Origin: Candidatus Nanopusillus sp.
GTDB lineage: Archaea > Nanobdellota > Nanobdellia > Nanobdellales > Nanobdellaceae
Length of the DNA stretch: 32,000 nt
Assembly: GCA_046536775.1 (NCBI GenBank)
Contig: JAWDMD010000001.1
Location: 67,928-99,927, forward strand
Reading direction: 5' to 3'
Part shown: in pieces, positions 9,174 through 18,189 of the stretch
Position numbering within the stretch: the first letter of the stretch is position 1
Layout of the letters: every line of letters begins with the position of its first letter
Position numbers and translations under genes: made by a program
The notes under the pieces: generated by a model
Told to the model about the DNA's origin: nothing
What the model saw: only the letters and a program-made list of their open reading frames with translations
Database searches by the model: none

Positions 9174-10592
9174 ATGCTAGAAAAGGATATTTTAATTATA
9201 AATCCAAAAAGCAATATTTCTATAGCGACATTATGGGCGAAAAAGGATTTTATATTTAATTCATTACCTGAAAATGCTAAAAATAAGATAAATATAATTG
9301 GTACACTATATACAGTTAATGGAATAAAATATTTAATTCAAACATTGGGAGAAAATCCACAAATAAATAAAATAATTCTATATGGACCAGATTTGACACA
9401 ATCAGGTCAGGCTTTGATAGATATATTTAATAATAAAGATGAAAAAACATTAAAGGAATATAATATAAATTTAGATTATGATAAAATAAAAGAAATTTTA
9501 AATACTACAAGTATAATAGATATGAGAAAAGATTTTTGGAATAAGAATATAAGTAAAGTGGAAGAAATAATCGATAGTAATTATAAACCAGATAATATAT
9601 TTAGAAGAAAAATAAATATTGAAATACATGAAGATATAAAAAAAGATTATGGTTATATTATCCCATTGCCTCCAGCATTTATATATGAAGAATCTTTATT
9701 TAATGCATGGATAAAATTACTAACAGAAATTAAAATGTTTGGAATTTTAAAGAGTTCTGAATATAATGAAAAACAACTAGAGAGATTAAATATAATTGTT
9801 AGTTTTGGATTATATGGAAGAAAATATGAATTAGAGAAGGAATTTGATGAATTTATTAAATTGGAAGAATTTCAAAAACATTTAAATGGATACTTTATTG
9901 ATAAAAAACCAGAAGGTGTTGATTATACATATGGAGAAAGATTTCTAAATTATAATAATCTAAATCAAATATTATATATAATAAATAAATTATCAAAAAA
10001 CCCAGAAACAAGGAGGGCAATTATGACTACATGGAATCCTAATATAGATATATATTCAAATGATCCACCATGTGTTATATCTATAGAAGGAATAATTCAG
10101 GGAAAATATCTAAATCTTACCGAATATATAAGGAGTAATGATATGTTTAGAGGATGGCCATTAAATATGTATGCATTAATTAGAATTGGAGAATATATTG
10201 TTGATGAAATAAATAAACAAACAAATAAAGGATATGAATTGGGAATTGTTACAACAATATCAGCATCTGCACATATATACGAACATGATTTTCAATATAT
10301 GGAAAAGGTATTAGAAAAATACGGGTCGAGGATAAAATCATTTATACCAGATCCAAAAGGTAATTTTATAATATATAATGAAGATAATAAAACATTTGTA
10401 GAACATAGAAGTTATGATAATACAATTTTAGATTTTAAATATGGATCTGAAAATGTTGATGAGATATATAATAAACTAAAGGGACTTCCATTTTTTACAT
10501 TATATGATCATCCAATATATGTTGGAAGAGAAATATATAAAGCAAGCGAATTTAGAGGAAATAACAAAAAATATATACAAGATAAGGTATAA
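9174..10592 (+). CDS. thyA: thymidylate synthase ThyA-like catalytic domain with an ~165-aa N-terminal MtrA-like domain
   Basis: The C-terminal half carries RRAIMTTWNP, PPCVISIEG (catalytic Cys), YIRSNDMFRGWPLNMYAL, and SAHIYEHD. The N-terminal IIGTLYTVNGIKYLIQTLGENPQINKIILYGPDLTQSGQALIDIF parallels the MtrA-family core (..TENLGIEKVv..ii.NPNIRYLlv.G.e..GH.tGQam..L). Confidence 0.8.
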   Translation: MLEKDILIINPKSNISIATLWAKKDFIFNSLPENAKNKINIIGTLYTVNGIKYLIQTLGENPQINKIILYGPDLTQSGQALIDIFNNKDEKTLKEYNINLDYDKIKEILNTTSIIDMRKDFWNKNISKVEEIIDSNYKPDNIFRRKINIEIHEDIKKDYGYIIPLPPAFIYEESLFNAWIKLLTEIKMFGILKSSEYNEKQLERLNIIVSFGLYGRKYELEKEFDEFIKLEEFQKHLNGYFIDKKPEGVDYTYGERFLNYNNLNQILYIINKLSKNPETRRAIMTTWNPNIDIYSNDPPCVISIEGIIQGKYLNLTEYIRSNDMFRGWPLNMYALIRIGEYIVDEINKQTNKGYELGIVTTISASAHIYEHDFQYMEKVLEKYGSRIKSFIPDPKGNFIIYNEDNKTFVEHRSYDNTILDFKYGSENVDEIYNKLKGLPFFTLYDHPIYVGREIYKASEFRGNNKKYIQDKV

Positions 10593-10832
10593 TTATCTAA
10601 TATCTAATTTTTTTATTCTTTTTAGAGCTCCTCTTAATATTAATTCTCTTTCTACACTGTCTAATAATTCTTCAAATGATAAATATTGATAATAATAAGA
10701 TAAATTTGAAGGGATAATTTTTGATTTGATATCCTCATAATATCTTAAAAGTGTATTTGTAGATAATGTAGCCAATTTTGTCCTTATTTCTTTTATTAAT
10801 CTCTCATTTGTATTTTCAACTTTCTCCTCCAT
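10593..10832 (-). CDS. hypothetical protein (79 aa, helical)
   Basis: The ORF is convergent on thyA and abuts its stop codon. It is the only candidate filling this interval. No motif recognised. Confidence 0.4.
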   Translation of the reverse strand: MEEKVENTNERLIKEIRTKLATLSTNTLLRYYEDIKSKIIPSNLSYYYQYLSFEELLDSVERELILRGALKRIKKLDIR

Positions 10833-10880
10833 TTTAATAATTATAACTTAATAATTTATATAACTTTATTAGGCAAAGAA

Positions 10881-11513
10881 TTATAAATAAACCTCTCTTT
10901 GATTATCAAAAATATTATCTATTGATGTTTTTCCTTTATATCTTTTTAATATATATCCATATAAAAATCCGAATAATGTTCCACCCAGATGCGCAGAAAA
11001 TCCCAAAGGTATAAATGGATAAAATATCCCAATTAAGTTAAATATAACCCAAAATATTGCTGCATATATCATATCTATTGGAATTATTATTGGAAATATT
11101 ATTACTTTCTCTTTTGGTTTCAATATTCCCAATGCGCCCAATATACCAGATATTGCAGCAGAAGATCCAATTCCGGCAGTTAAAGGATTACTATAATATT
11201 GAAATAAAAAGAATATATTTCCAACAATACCAGATAATAAAAATAATATCAACAGATTTTTGCTTCCATATAAATATTCAAAAGATAAACCAAGAAAAAA
11301 CAATGCCATACCATCGAAAAATAATTGAGTTACACCATAATCCCCAAAAATAGATGTTATAAACATCCATGGATATTTTATAGAATAATAAGGATAAAAG
11401 GCAATTAGATTTAATATTGATGGATATATCAATTCTACAATATATACTATAAAGAGTATAATTATTAGCCATATTGTTATTGGAAACCCAAGCAATTTGT
11501 AAACCTTATTCAT
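10881..11513 (-). CDS. rhomboid-family intramembrane serine protease
   Basis: Six hydrophobic helices. GIGSSAAISGILGA (GxSx catalytic-Ser helix) and SAHLGGTLFGFLYG (catalytic-His helix). Confidence 0.75.
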   Translation of the reverse strand: MNKVYKLLGFPITIWLIIILFIVYIVELIYPSILNLIAFYPYYSIKYPWMFITSIFGDYGVTQLFFDGMALFFLGLSFEYLYGSKNLLILFLLSGIVGNIFFLFQYYSNPLTAGIGSSAAISGILGALGILKPKEKVIIFPIIIPIDMIYAAIFWVIFNLIGIFYPFIPLGFSAHLGGTLFGFLYGYILKRYKGKTSIDNIFDNQREVYL

Positions 11514-11545
11514 ATTAAAAATATATCGTAATATTTTATATATTA

Positions 11546-13978
11546 ATGAGATTACCTAGAGATGTAAAACCAATCAAATATCATATAAAACTGGATGTAG
11601 ATATTAATAATTTAGAATATAGAGGAGAAGAAAATATAGAAATTGATATAAATAAACCTACAAATAAAATATATTTACATTCAAGAGATATAAAAATAGA
11701 ATTGATAAAGTTGGATAATAAAAAGGTGGGTTTTAAAATCATAGATAATGAAACAATTGAAATAAATCTATATAATAAATATTATGGAAAAAATAAATTA
11801 TATATAAAATTTAGGGGGAAGGTAAGAGATGATCTCATTGGATTTTACCTAAGTAAAGGAAAAGATAAAATATTAACTACGCAATTTGAACCTACATATG
11901 CAAGATATTTTATTCCATGTTTTGATGAACCAGAATTTAAAGCAGAATTTGAATTGGAAGTAAAGATAAATAAGGATTATGATGTGATATCAAATACAGA
12001 AATAGAAAATGAAGAAACAAATGAAGATTATAAAATTGTAAAATTTAAGAAGACACCCCCAATGTCAACATATTTATTATATTTGGGAATAGGAAAATTT
12101 GACTATTTAGAAGATAAATATGAAAATAAGAAAATAAGAATTGTTACTGATATTGATAAAGCTAAAGATGGAGAAAATGCTTTAGATTGGGCAAAAAAAG
12201 TATTAAAATATTATGAAAATTATTCCTCAATAGAATATCCATTAGAAAAATTGGATTTGATTGCAGTACCAGATTTTGCTGCTGGAGCAATGGAAAATTG
12301 GGGTGCAATTACATTTAGAGAATCTGCACTATTATATAAAGAGGATTATTATTCATATGGACAAAGATTAAGGATATATGAAGTTATAGCTCATGAATTA
12401 TGGCATCAGTGGTCTGGAAATTTGGTTACTATGAAATGGTGGGATGATCTTTGGTTAAATGAATCTTTTGCAACATATATGGCATATAAAGCTATGGATG
12501 AATTATTAAATGAAGATAATATTGGATCAAATTACATGTATGCTACTGATACATATGAAGCAAAATTTGAGGATTCAACAATTTATACACATCCAATAAA
12601 TGTTAAAGTAGAAAAAGAAGAAGAAATTGAAAGTATTTTTGATAGTATAAGTTATGGAAAAGGTGGAAATATATTAAGAATGATAGATAATTATTTAGGA
12701 TATGACAAATTTAGAGTTGCAATAATAAATTATTTGCATAAATATAAATATTCTAATGCTAGTTCTTCAGATTTATTTAAAGAATTTGAATTAATTGGTG
12801 GAAAGCATATAAGAGAAGTAATTGAAAAATTTGTAAATTCTCCTGGTTATCCAATAGTAAATACACATTATAATAATCTTGTAATACATTTATCTCAATC
12901 AAGATTTTTATATAATAAGAAAGAAAATAAAAAATGGACAATACCTTTATTTTTAGATATAGAAGGAGAAAAAATGAATATATTATTTAATAAATCAAAG
13001 GGAAAGATTATACTTAAAAGAGATCCAAGATACTTTATAATTAATAGAGATGCTATAGGTTTTTATATATCCAATTATGAAAATTTAGAATATATAGGAA
13101 ATGCAATTAAAGAAAAGAAAATATCACCATTAAGTAGGGCTGTTATTTTACATGATTATTATTTATTAGCATTAATGAATAAAATTAAATTGAAGAGATT
13201 ATTTGAATTAATTGAATATTACAGAAATGAGGATAATTGGTTGGTTCTATCAATATTATACACAATATTATATGATATATCATTTTACTTTAATATAGAA
13301 GAAAAGAGAATATTTGAACAATATAAAGATATATTTAAGAATTATTATAATATAGAAATAAAGGATTATAATAGTTTGATGTTAAAAAGATTGGCATATA
13401 GAACACTGGGATTCTTAAATGATTATAATATAATAAGAGATTCTTTTAATAAGTTTAAAGAATGGGAAAAATTAAATAATAATGATAGATTGGTTATATC
13501 CGATATAATTGGTTTGCATGGAGGAACAAATGAATATATGAGAATGTACAATCTATATTCCAAATCACAAAATCCGGAGGAGAGAATAATATTATTAAGA
13601 GGATTATCTAACTTTAGAAGAACTAGTATAATTGTAGATTTATTGGATAAAGCAATAGATAATCATATAAAATTACAAGATTGGAGAACATTATTTACAA
13701 ATATATCAAAAAATCCGGAAGTTATTTATATATTATATCAATGGTTTAAGGATAATATTAGTGAGATAAAAAAATATGAGAATGCATATTTAGTTATAAG
13801 AGATGTTATAAGAAGTTTATTTGAAGCATATACTGGAAATATTGTAAAAGATATAAAACAATTCATGATAAAAAACTTACCAAAATATAAGAATGATATA
13901 ATAAAATTCAGCCATTATTCTGAAATATATACAAATTTCGTATCAAAGAATAAAGAAGATATAGAAGATTTGTTATGA
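11546..13978 (+). CDS. M1-family zinc aminopeptidase (aminopeptidase N / tricorn-interacting-factor-like)
   Basis: GAMENWGAITF exopeptidase motif and HELWHQWSGNLVTMKWWDDLWLNESFA (HExxH-x18-E). Long C-terminal ERAP1-like helical domain. Confidence 0.9.
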   Translation: MRLPRDVKPIKYHIKLDVDINNLEYRGEENIEIDINKPTNKIYLHSRDIKIELIKLDNKKVGFKIIDNETIEINLYNKYYGKNKLYIKFRGKVRDDLIGFYLSKGKDKILTTQFEPTYARYFIPCFDEPEFKAEFELEVKINKDYDVISNTEIENEETNEDYKIVKFKKTPPMSTYLLYLGIGKFDYLEDKYENKKIRIVTDIDKAKDGENALDWAKKVLKYYENYSSIEYPLEKLDLIAVPDFAAGAMENWGAITFRESALLYKEDYYSYGQRLRIYEVIAHELWHQWSGNLVTMKWWDDLWLNESFATYMAYKAMDELLNEDNIGSNYMYATDTYEAKFEDSTIYTHPINVKVEKEEEIESIFDSISYGKGGNILRMIDNYLGYDKFRVAIINYLHKYKYSNASSSDLFKEFELIGGKHIREVIEKFVNSPGYPIVNTHYNNLVIHLSQSRFLYNKKENKKWTIPLFLDIEGEKMNILFNKSKGKIILKRDPRYFIINRDAIGFYISNYENLEYIGNAIKEKKISPLSRAVILHDYYLLALMNKIKLKRLFELIEYYRNEDNWLVLSILYTILYDISFYFNIEEKRIFEQYKDIFKNYYNIEIKDYNSLMLKRLAYRTLGFLNDYNIIRDSFNKFKEWEKLNNNDRLVISDIIGLHGGTNEYMRMYNLYSKSQNPEERIILLRGLSNFRRTSIIVDLLDKAIDNHIKLQDWRTLFTNISKNPEVIYILYQWFKDNISEIKKYENAYLVIRDVIRSLFEAYTGNIVKDIKQFMIKNLPKYKNDIIKFSHYSEIYTNFVSKNKEDIEDLL

Positions 13979-14009
13979 ATTTATAAAAATAATAATTAAC
14001 AATGATCTT

Positions 14010-16145
14010 ATGGAAAGTAAAGATATTGTATTAATTACATCAGCATTACCATATGTAAATAATGTACCACATATAGGACACATTGCTGGAAGTCTTTTAC
14101 CCTCAGATATATTTGCAAGATACAATAGATTGAAAGGTAATATTGTATTTTATTTATGCGGAACAGATGACCATGGATCTGCTACAGAGGTAGAAGCAAT
14201 TAAAAGAAATAAAAAACCAGAAGAAATAGTTAATTTTTTTCATAATGTACATAAAGAAGTATATAAATGGTTTAATCTATCATTTGATCAATTTAGTCAA
14301 ACCTCAAATAATCTTCTACATTATAAAATAGTACAAGAATTGTTTATTAAAGCATATATAAATGGTTATATAGTAGAAAAAGAGGTTGAATTACCATATG
14401 ATCCTGAATGGAATAAATTTCTAGCCGATAGATTTGTTGTAGGAAAATGCCCATATTGTGGATATGAAAATGCTAGAGGGGATCAGTGTGAAAGTTGTGG
14501 TAGATTATTAGATCCTAAAGAACTAATTGACCCGAAGAATTCAATTACTGGGAATAAAATTATATTTAGAAAAACAAAACATCTATATTTAAATTTAACT
14601 AAATTAGAGGATAAAATAAAAGAATATTTAGAAGGTAAAAAAGATATATTTACAGATCTAGCAATAACAATGTCTTTATCATGGATAAAAGAGGGTTTGA
14701 AGGAAAGAAGTATAACTAGAGATTTATCCTTCGGAGTACCAGTTCCACATAAAGAATTATGGCAAGTAACAACTAAGAAAATATTTGACAAATTATCATT
14801 TAATTCAAAGGATGCTTTTGTTGATTCTTTAATAAATGCATTAAAAGATGAGGGTTTAGTAATAAATACAGATGAATACACAAATATTTTAAAAATTGTA
14901 GAAGAAAATTGGCCAAAAGTTGATAGTATATTAAATCTATACAATCATTTTGAAGAATATAAAGATAAAGTATTGTATGTTTGGTATGATGCTTTAATTG
15001 GATATATATCTTTTGTTGCACAAAAATTAAAGGAAGAATATATATATGATGATGTAAAGAATGAAAATATTAATGATATATCTTTATTAGAAGATAATGG
15101 AAAAATAATTAAAATAAAAATAAATAATAAAATATATGAATTGGAATATAAAATAGATGGAAGTATTTTATATTTATCTGGATTATATAATGAATTTTTT
15201 AATTTATATAAAATATTAAAATTCTTATTTGAAAATAAGAAAGTTATAAAAATTGTTTTAGATATTAATTGGAGGGAATTTTGGATAAATGGAAAAGCAT
15301 ATCATTTTTTAGGCAAAGATAATATTCCATTTCATGCAGTATTTTGGCCAGGAATTTTATTATCTACATATAATGTAAGCGATAATTATAAGGAATTCTT
15401 TGAATATACAAAATTGGATAATTATAGTTTACCATATAATGTAATTGGACTATCTTATTTAACATATGAAAATAAAAAAATTAGTAAAAGTCAGAATTGG
15501 GGTGTATTTTGTGATTCTTTAATTAAATCTGACCTTGATCCAGACTATTGGAGATTCTATCTTTCATATATTTTACCATATAATAGGGATTCTGACTTTA
15601 AATGGGATGATTTTCAATCCGTTATAAATAATGAATTGGTAAATAATATAGGAAATCTTACTCATAGAATTTTATCTTTTGTTAGAAAAAATTATAACAA
15701 TAAAATAGATGGTAATGTTAGAACAGATGTTATAGATACAATAGGTAATACATTAAATGAATATTACAAACACATGGATAAAGGAGAATTTAATTTGGCA
15801 TTAAGAAAAATATTGGAACTATCTGGTTATGGAAATAAAATATTTCAAGAAAATAAACCATGGGAAAATCCTGAAAATAATAAAAATTTAGTTAAATCTT
15901 TAATTATATTGCTAATTTCTATATATACAATGCTATACCCATTTATACCAAATTCTTCAGAAAAATTCTTTGAATTTATAAATTATAAAGAAATATCTTT
16001 TGATAACCTTAGTATTCTTCTACAATTTTCCAATAATATAGTTATAGAAATAATTAAAGAACCAAAAGTCCTATTTAGTAAGGTTGATGACGATTCAATA
16101 AATAAATTAAAACAGACAGTAACTAAACCTTCAATAGATTTATAA
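14010..16145 (+). CDS. metG: methionyl-tRNA synthetase (no C-terminal Trbp111-type appended domain)
   Basis: SALPYVNNVPHIGHIAG (HIGH), zinc knuckle CPYCG..CESCG, YVWYDALIGYIS, FLGKDNIPFHAVFWP, KISKS (KMSKS), and RFYL..RDSDF anticodon-domain motifs. Confidence 0.92.
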   Translation: MESKDIVLITSALPYVNNVPHIGHIAGSLLPSDIFARYNRLKGNIVFYLCGTDDHGSATEVEAIKRNKKPEEIVNFFHNVHKEVYKWFNLSFDQFSQTSNNLLHYKIVQELFIKAYINGYIVEKEVELPYDPEWNKFLADRFVVGKCPYCGYENARGDQCESCGRLLDPKELIDPKNSITGNKIIFRKTKHLYLNLTKLEDKIKEYLEGKKDIFTDLAITMSLSWIKEGLKERSITRDLSFGVPVPHKELWQVTTKKIFDKLSFNSKDAFVDSLINALKDEGLVINTDEYTNILKIVEENWPKVDSILNLYNHFEEYKDKVLYVWYDALIGYISFVAQKLKEEYIYDDVKNENINDISLLEDNGKIIKIKINNKIYELEYKIDGSILYLSGLYNEFFNLYKILKFLFENKKVIKIVLDINWREFWINGKAYHFLGKDNIPFHAVFWPGILLSTYNVSDNYKEFFEYTKLDNYSLPYNVIGLSYLTYENKKISKSQNWGVFCDSLIKSDLDPDYWRFYLSYILPYNRDSDFKWDDFQSVINNELVNNIGNLTHRILSFVRKNYNNKIDGNVRTDVIDTIGNTLNEYYKHMDKGEFNLALRKILELSGYGNKIFQENKPWENPENNKNLVKSLIILLISIYTMLYPFIPNSSEKFFEFINYKEISFDNLSILLQFSNNIVIEIIKEPKVLFSKVDDDSINKLKQTVTKPSIDL

Positions 16146-16660
16146 ATAAAAGTTTATAAGCCAAAAATAAAAAACTAATATATGGATAAAGCCGATGAAG
16201 ACCCGCGTCTATTATATTTAGTATACTTCACAAATAAATATATTTTATATATTATTCTACCTTATTTCTTTCCTTCTTCTTTCTTTTCACCCTTGTCACC
16301 TTTCTTTGCCATAATATATTATTCTATAAAATATTTAAAAATCTTTCACCTTTTTATAACTTCAAATGAATACTAATACGTAGTAAAATCTTAAACGGAG
16401 TAAATATTTATAAATAATTTATAAGGAAGTTATATATAAATATTTATAAAGTAATCAGAATATATAGAAATATTGAAATAATATACAAAATTTAGATATC
16501 TGAAAATTTAATATATAAAGCAATATTGGTTAAAAGATGTGATAACCAACATATTTAGAATAATGAGAAAAATTAGGAATGAAGAAAAGAAAAATAAATA
16601 GTATAAATTTATTTAATAATAAAAAATAATATTTTTATTGTTTTTCATTTAAAATATATT

Positions 16661-17608
16661 ATGTCTTATGATATTATAGGTGATATAGCTATAATTAAAA
16701 AGCCATTAAAATATGATGAAGAAGAATATGTAAAAAGAATATTGGAAAAGCATAAATTTATAAAAACAATTTTATTACAAGAAACGGATGTTTTGCCTCC
16801 ATATAGGATTCCAAAATATAAAATTCTGTATGGGGAAAATAAAACTGAAACAATTAATATTGAATATGGATTAAGATTTAGGGTGGATGTTCTTAGATGT
16901 TATTATTCTCCAAGATTGAGTAATGAAAGATATAGGATTGCAAAACAAGTAAAGGAAAATGAGGAAGTTTTAGTAATGTTTTCAGGTGTAAATGTATATC
17001 CAATATACATAGCAAAATATTCAAAGGCTAAGATAATCTACTCAATTGAATTAAATCCTTTTGCAGTAAAATATGGATTGGAAAATTTAAGAATAAATAA
17101 GATAAATAATGTTATTACATTGCTAGGAGATGTAAAAGATATATCAAAATATATAGGTTATTTAGAGAATGGAGATGCAATAATAAAAAATGATTTAGAA
17201 TATACAAAGGATATAGTTGATTCTGGATTGGAAATAAACAATCTATATATTTATGAATATGATGAAATGATAAAAAATATAAAATATAAAAAATTAAGAT
17301 ATGTTAGCGAATTAGAAAATTTAGAAAAATTTAATAAAAAGTTTGATAGGATTATAATGCCATTACCAAAAGAAAGTCATACATTTCTAGAATATGCAAT
17401 ACCTTTAATAAAAGATAATGGAATAATACACTTATATCAATTTTTTGAAGAAGAAAAAATAAAAGAGGGGGCGATAGATTTATTAGAAAAATATTCCAAT
17501 GAATTAAACTTTAAATATGAGATATTAAATATATTAAAAGTTGGTGATATTGCTCCGGGAAATTATAGGGTTTGCATAGATTTTAAGGTTATAAAAAATA
17601 AAATTTAA
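16661..17608 (+). CDS. trm5: Trm5/Tyw2-family tRNA methyltransferase (Met-10+ like), lacking the D1 domain
   Basis: N-terminal YDIIGDIAII, YSPRLSNERYRI, SIELNP, and FDRIIMPLPK parallel archaeal Trm5 (DVVGDLVIL, FSPRLGGER, AIDINP, RVIMNLPK). Confidence 0.75.
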   Translation: MSYDIIGDIAIIKKPLKYDEEEYVKRILEKHKFIKTILLQETDVLPPYRIPKYKILYGENKTETINIEYGLRFRVDVLRCYYSPRLSNERYRIAKQVKENEEVLVMFSGVNVYPIYIAKYSKAKIIYSIELNPFAVKYGLENLRINKINNVITLLGDVKDISKYIGYLENGDAIIKNDLEYTKDIVDSGLEINNLYIYEYDEMIKNIKYKKLRYVSELENLEKFNKKFDRIIMPLPKESHTFLEYAIPLIKDNGIIHLYQFFEEEKIKEGAIDLLEKYSNELNFKYEILNILKVGDIAPGNYRVCIDFKVIKNKI

Positions 17609-17634
17609 AAATATCATAAGATTATTTTATCATT

Positions 17635-18093
17635 ATGAGGAGCGACTTTCTTACGACCCTTATTATAATATTTGGTATTATATTGGGAGTTGCGGTTATT
17701 TTATATTTATTTGTACCTCCACAAGTAATATTGAAACTTTTAGGAAAGAATGCTTCATCATCCACTCCCGCATCATTTAAAATATCATATATGTACTTTA
17801 CTTCAAATGATATATACGCAATAATATATAATAGTGGATCTGATATAGATTTAAACAATATGCAAATTACATATACATATAATCAAAATAGTTATCAAAC
17901 TGGCACATGTAATATAGTTACAGATAATTATACCTTACCTTCAAATAGTCAAACAACGATTGAATTAAATTGTACAAATGAAGATCTAATTATAAGTAAT
18001 TTAATGTCAAACAGTGGATCTTATGATTTTTCATTTATGTACGGAAATAATGTACAACAGGCTTCTTTACCATTTAAAATTTCAAGTCAATAG
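17635..18093 (+). CDS. FlaF/FlaG (ArlF/ArlG)-like protein: N-terminal TM anchor plus beta-rich domain
   Basis: MRSDFLTTLIIIFGIILGVAVILYLF is an uncleaved-anchor-type N-terminus. It is followed by a Ser/Thr/Asn-rich beta-like domain (IYAIIYNSGSDIDLNNMQITY) resembling the 'N.G...l' strand of FlaF/FlaG. The assignment is tentative. Confidence 0.4.
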   Translation: MRSDFLTTLIIIFGIILGVAVILYLFVPPQVILKLLGKNASSSTPASFKISYMYFTSNDIYAIIYNSGSDIDLNNMQITYTYNQNSYQTGTCNIVTDNYTLPSNSQTTIELNCTNEDLIISNLMSNSGSYDFSFMYGNNVQQASLPFKISSQ

Positions 18094-18168
18094 CGGACCC
18101 AGGGGGATTCGAACCCCCGACCTACGGCTTAGAAGGCCGTCGCTCTATCCATGCTGAGCTATGGGTCC
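18094..18168 (-). tRNA. tRNA-Arg (anticodon UCU), 75 nt, no encoded CCA
   Basis: Hand-folded cloverleaf: acceptor GGACCCA/UGGGUCC, D stem GCUC/GAGC, anticodon stem ACGGC/GCCGU with loop CUUCUAA, 5-nt variable loop, T arm GGGGG-UUCGAAU-CCCCC, discriminator G. A GC-rich island in AT-rich DNA. Confidence 0.92.
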
Positions 18169-18189
18169 AATTATAGAATATTATTTATG

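Noticed and set aside
10504-10689. Plus-strand track ORF of 61 aa overlapping the thyA 3' end
   Set aside because: It is an alternative frame of thyA that runs into the antisense of the 10593..10832 ORF. No support.
11057-11472. Track ORFs 11057..11353 (plus) and 11278..11472 (minus, alternative frame) inside the rhomboid gene
   Set aside because: They overlap a CDS that has clear catalytic Ser and His helices, and they have no independent support.
14483-15021. Minus-strand track ORFs 14483..14944 and 14800..15021 inside metG
   Set aside because: These are antisense shadow ORFs of a strongly supported CDS. Their products are low-complexity and Phe/Ser/Leu-rich.
14748-15269. Intein in MetRS
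   Set aside because: The inserts lack an N-terminal Cys/Ser and a C-terminal His-Asn plus Cys/Ser/Thr junction. They also lack homing-endonuclease motifs. They look like low-complexity expansion segments.
16195-16250. Possible third C/D sRNA starting at AUGAAGA (16195..16201) on the plus strand
   Set aside because: At the expected 12-nt spacing, the positions for D', C' and D read ATAT, GTATACT and ATAT. There is no CUGA or CAGA box within 60 nt on either strand.
16182-16376. Track ORF (64 aa, plus strand) in the MetRS-Trm5 gap
   Set aside because: The Phe/Ser/Pro/Tyr-rich product simply translates the polypyrimidine tract. It has no start context and no motif. The region is treated as non-coding, with only the minus-strand micro-ORF flagged as a curiosity.
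16526-16549. Hairpin TTGGTTA-N10-TAACCAA as a terminator or riboregulator
   Set aside because: It is a single 7-bp AT-rich stem with no adjacent U-tract logic or conservation evidence. It is mentioned only as part of the gap description.
16146-16660. Replication origin (oriC) hypothesis for the 515-bp gap
   Set aside because: I found no repeated ORB or mini-ORB-like elements (TCCA..GGAA type) in inverted pairs, and no adjacent cdc6/orc1. AT-richness alone is uninformative in this genome.
17622-17858. Minus-strand track ORF of 78 aa
   Set aside because: It is antisense to the FlaF/G-like ORF, which has a better-defined TM anchor and fits the spacing after trm5.
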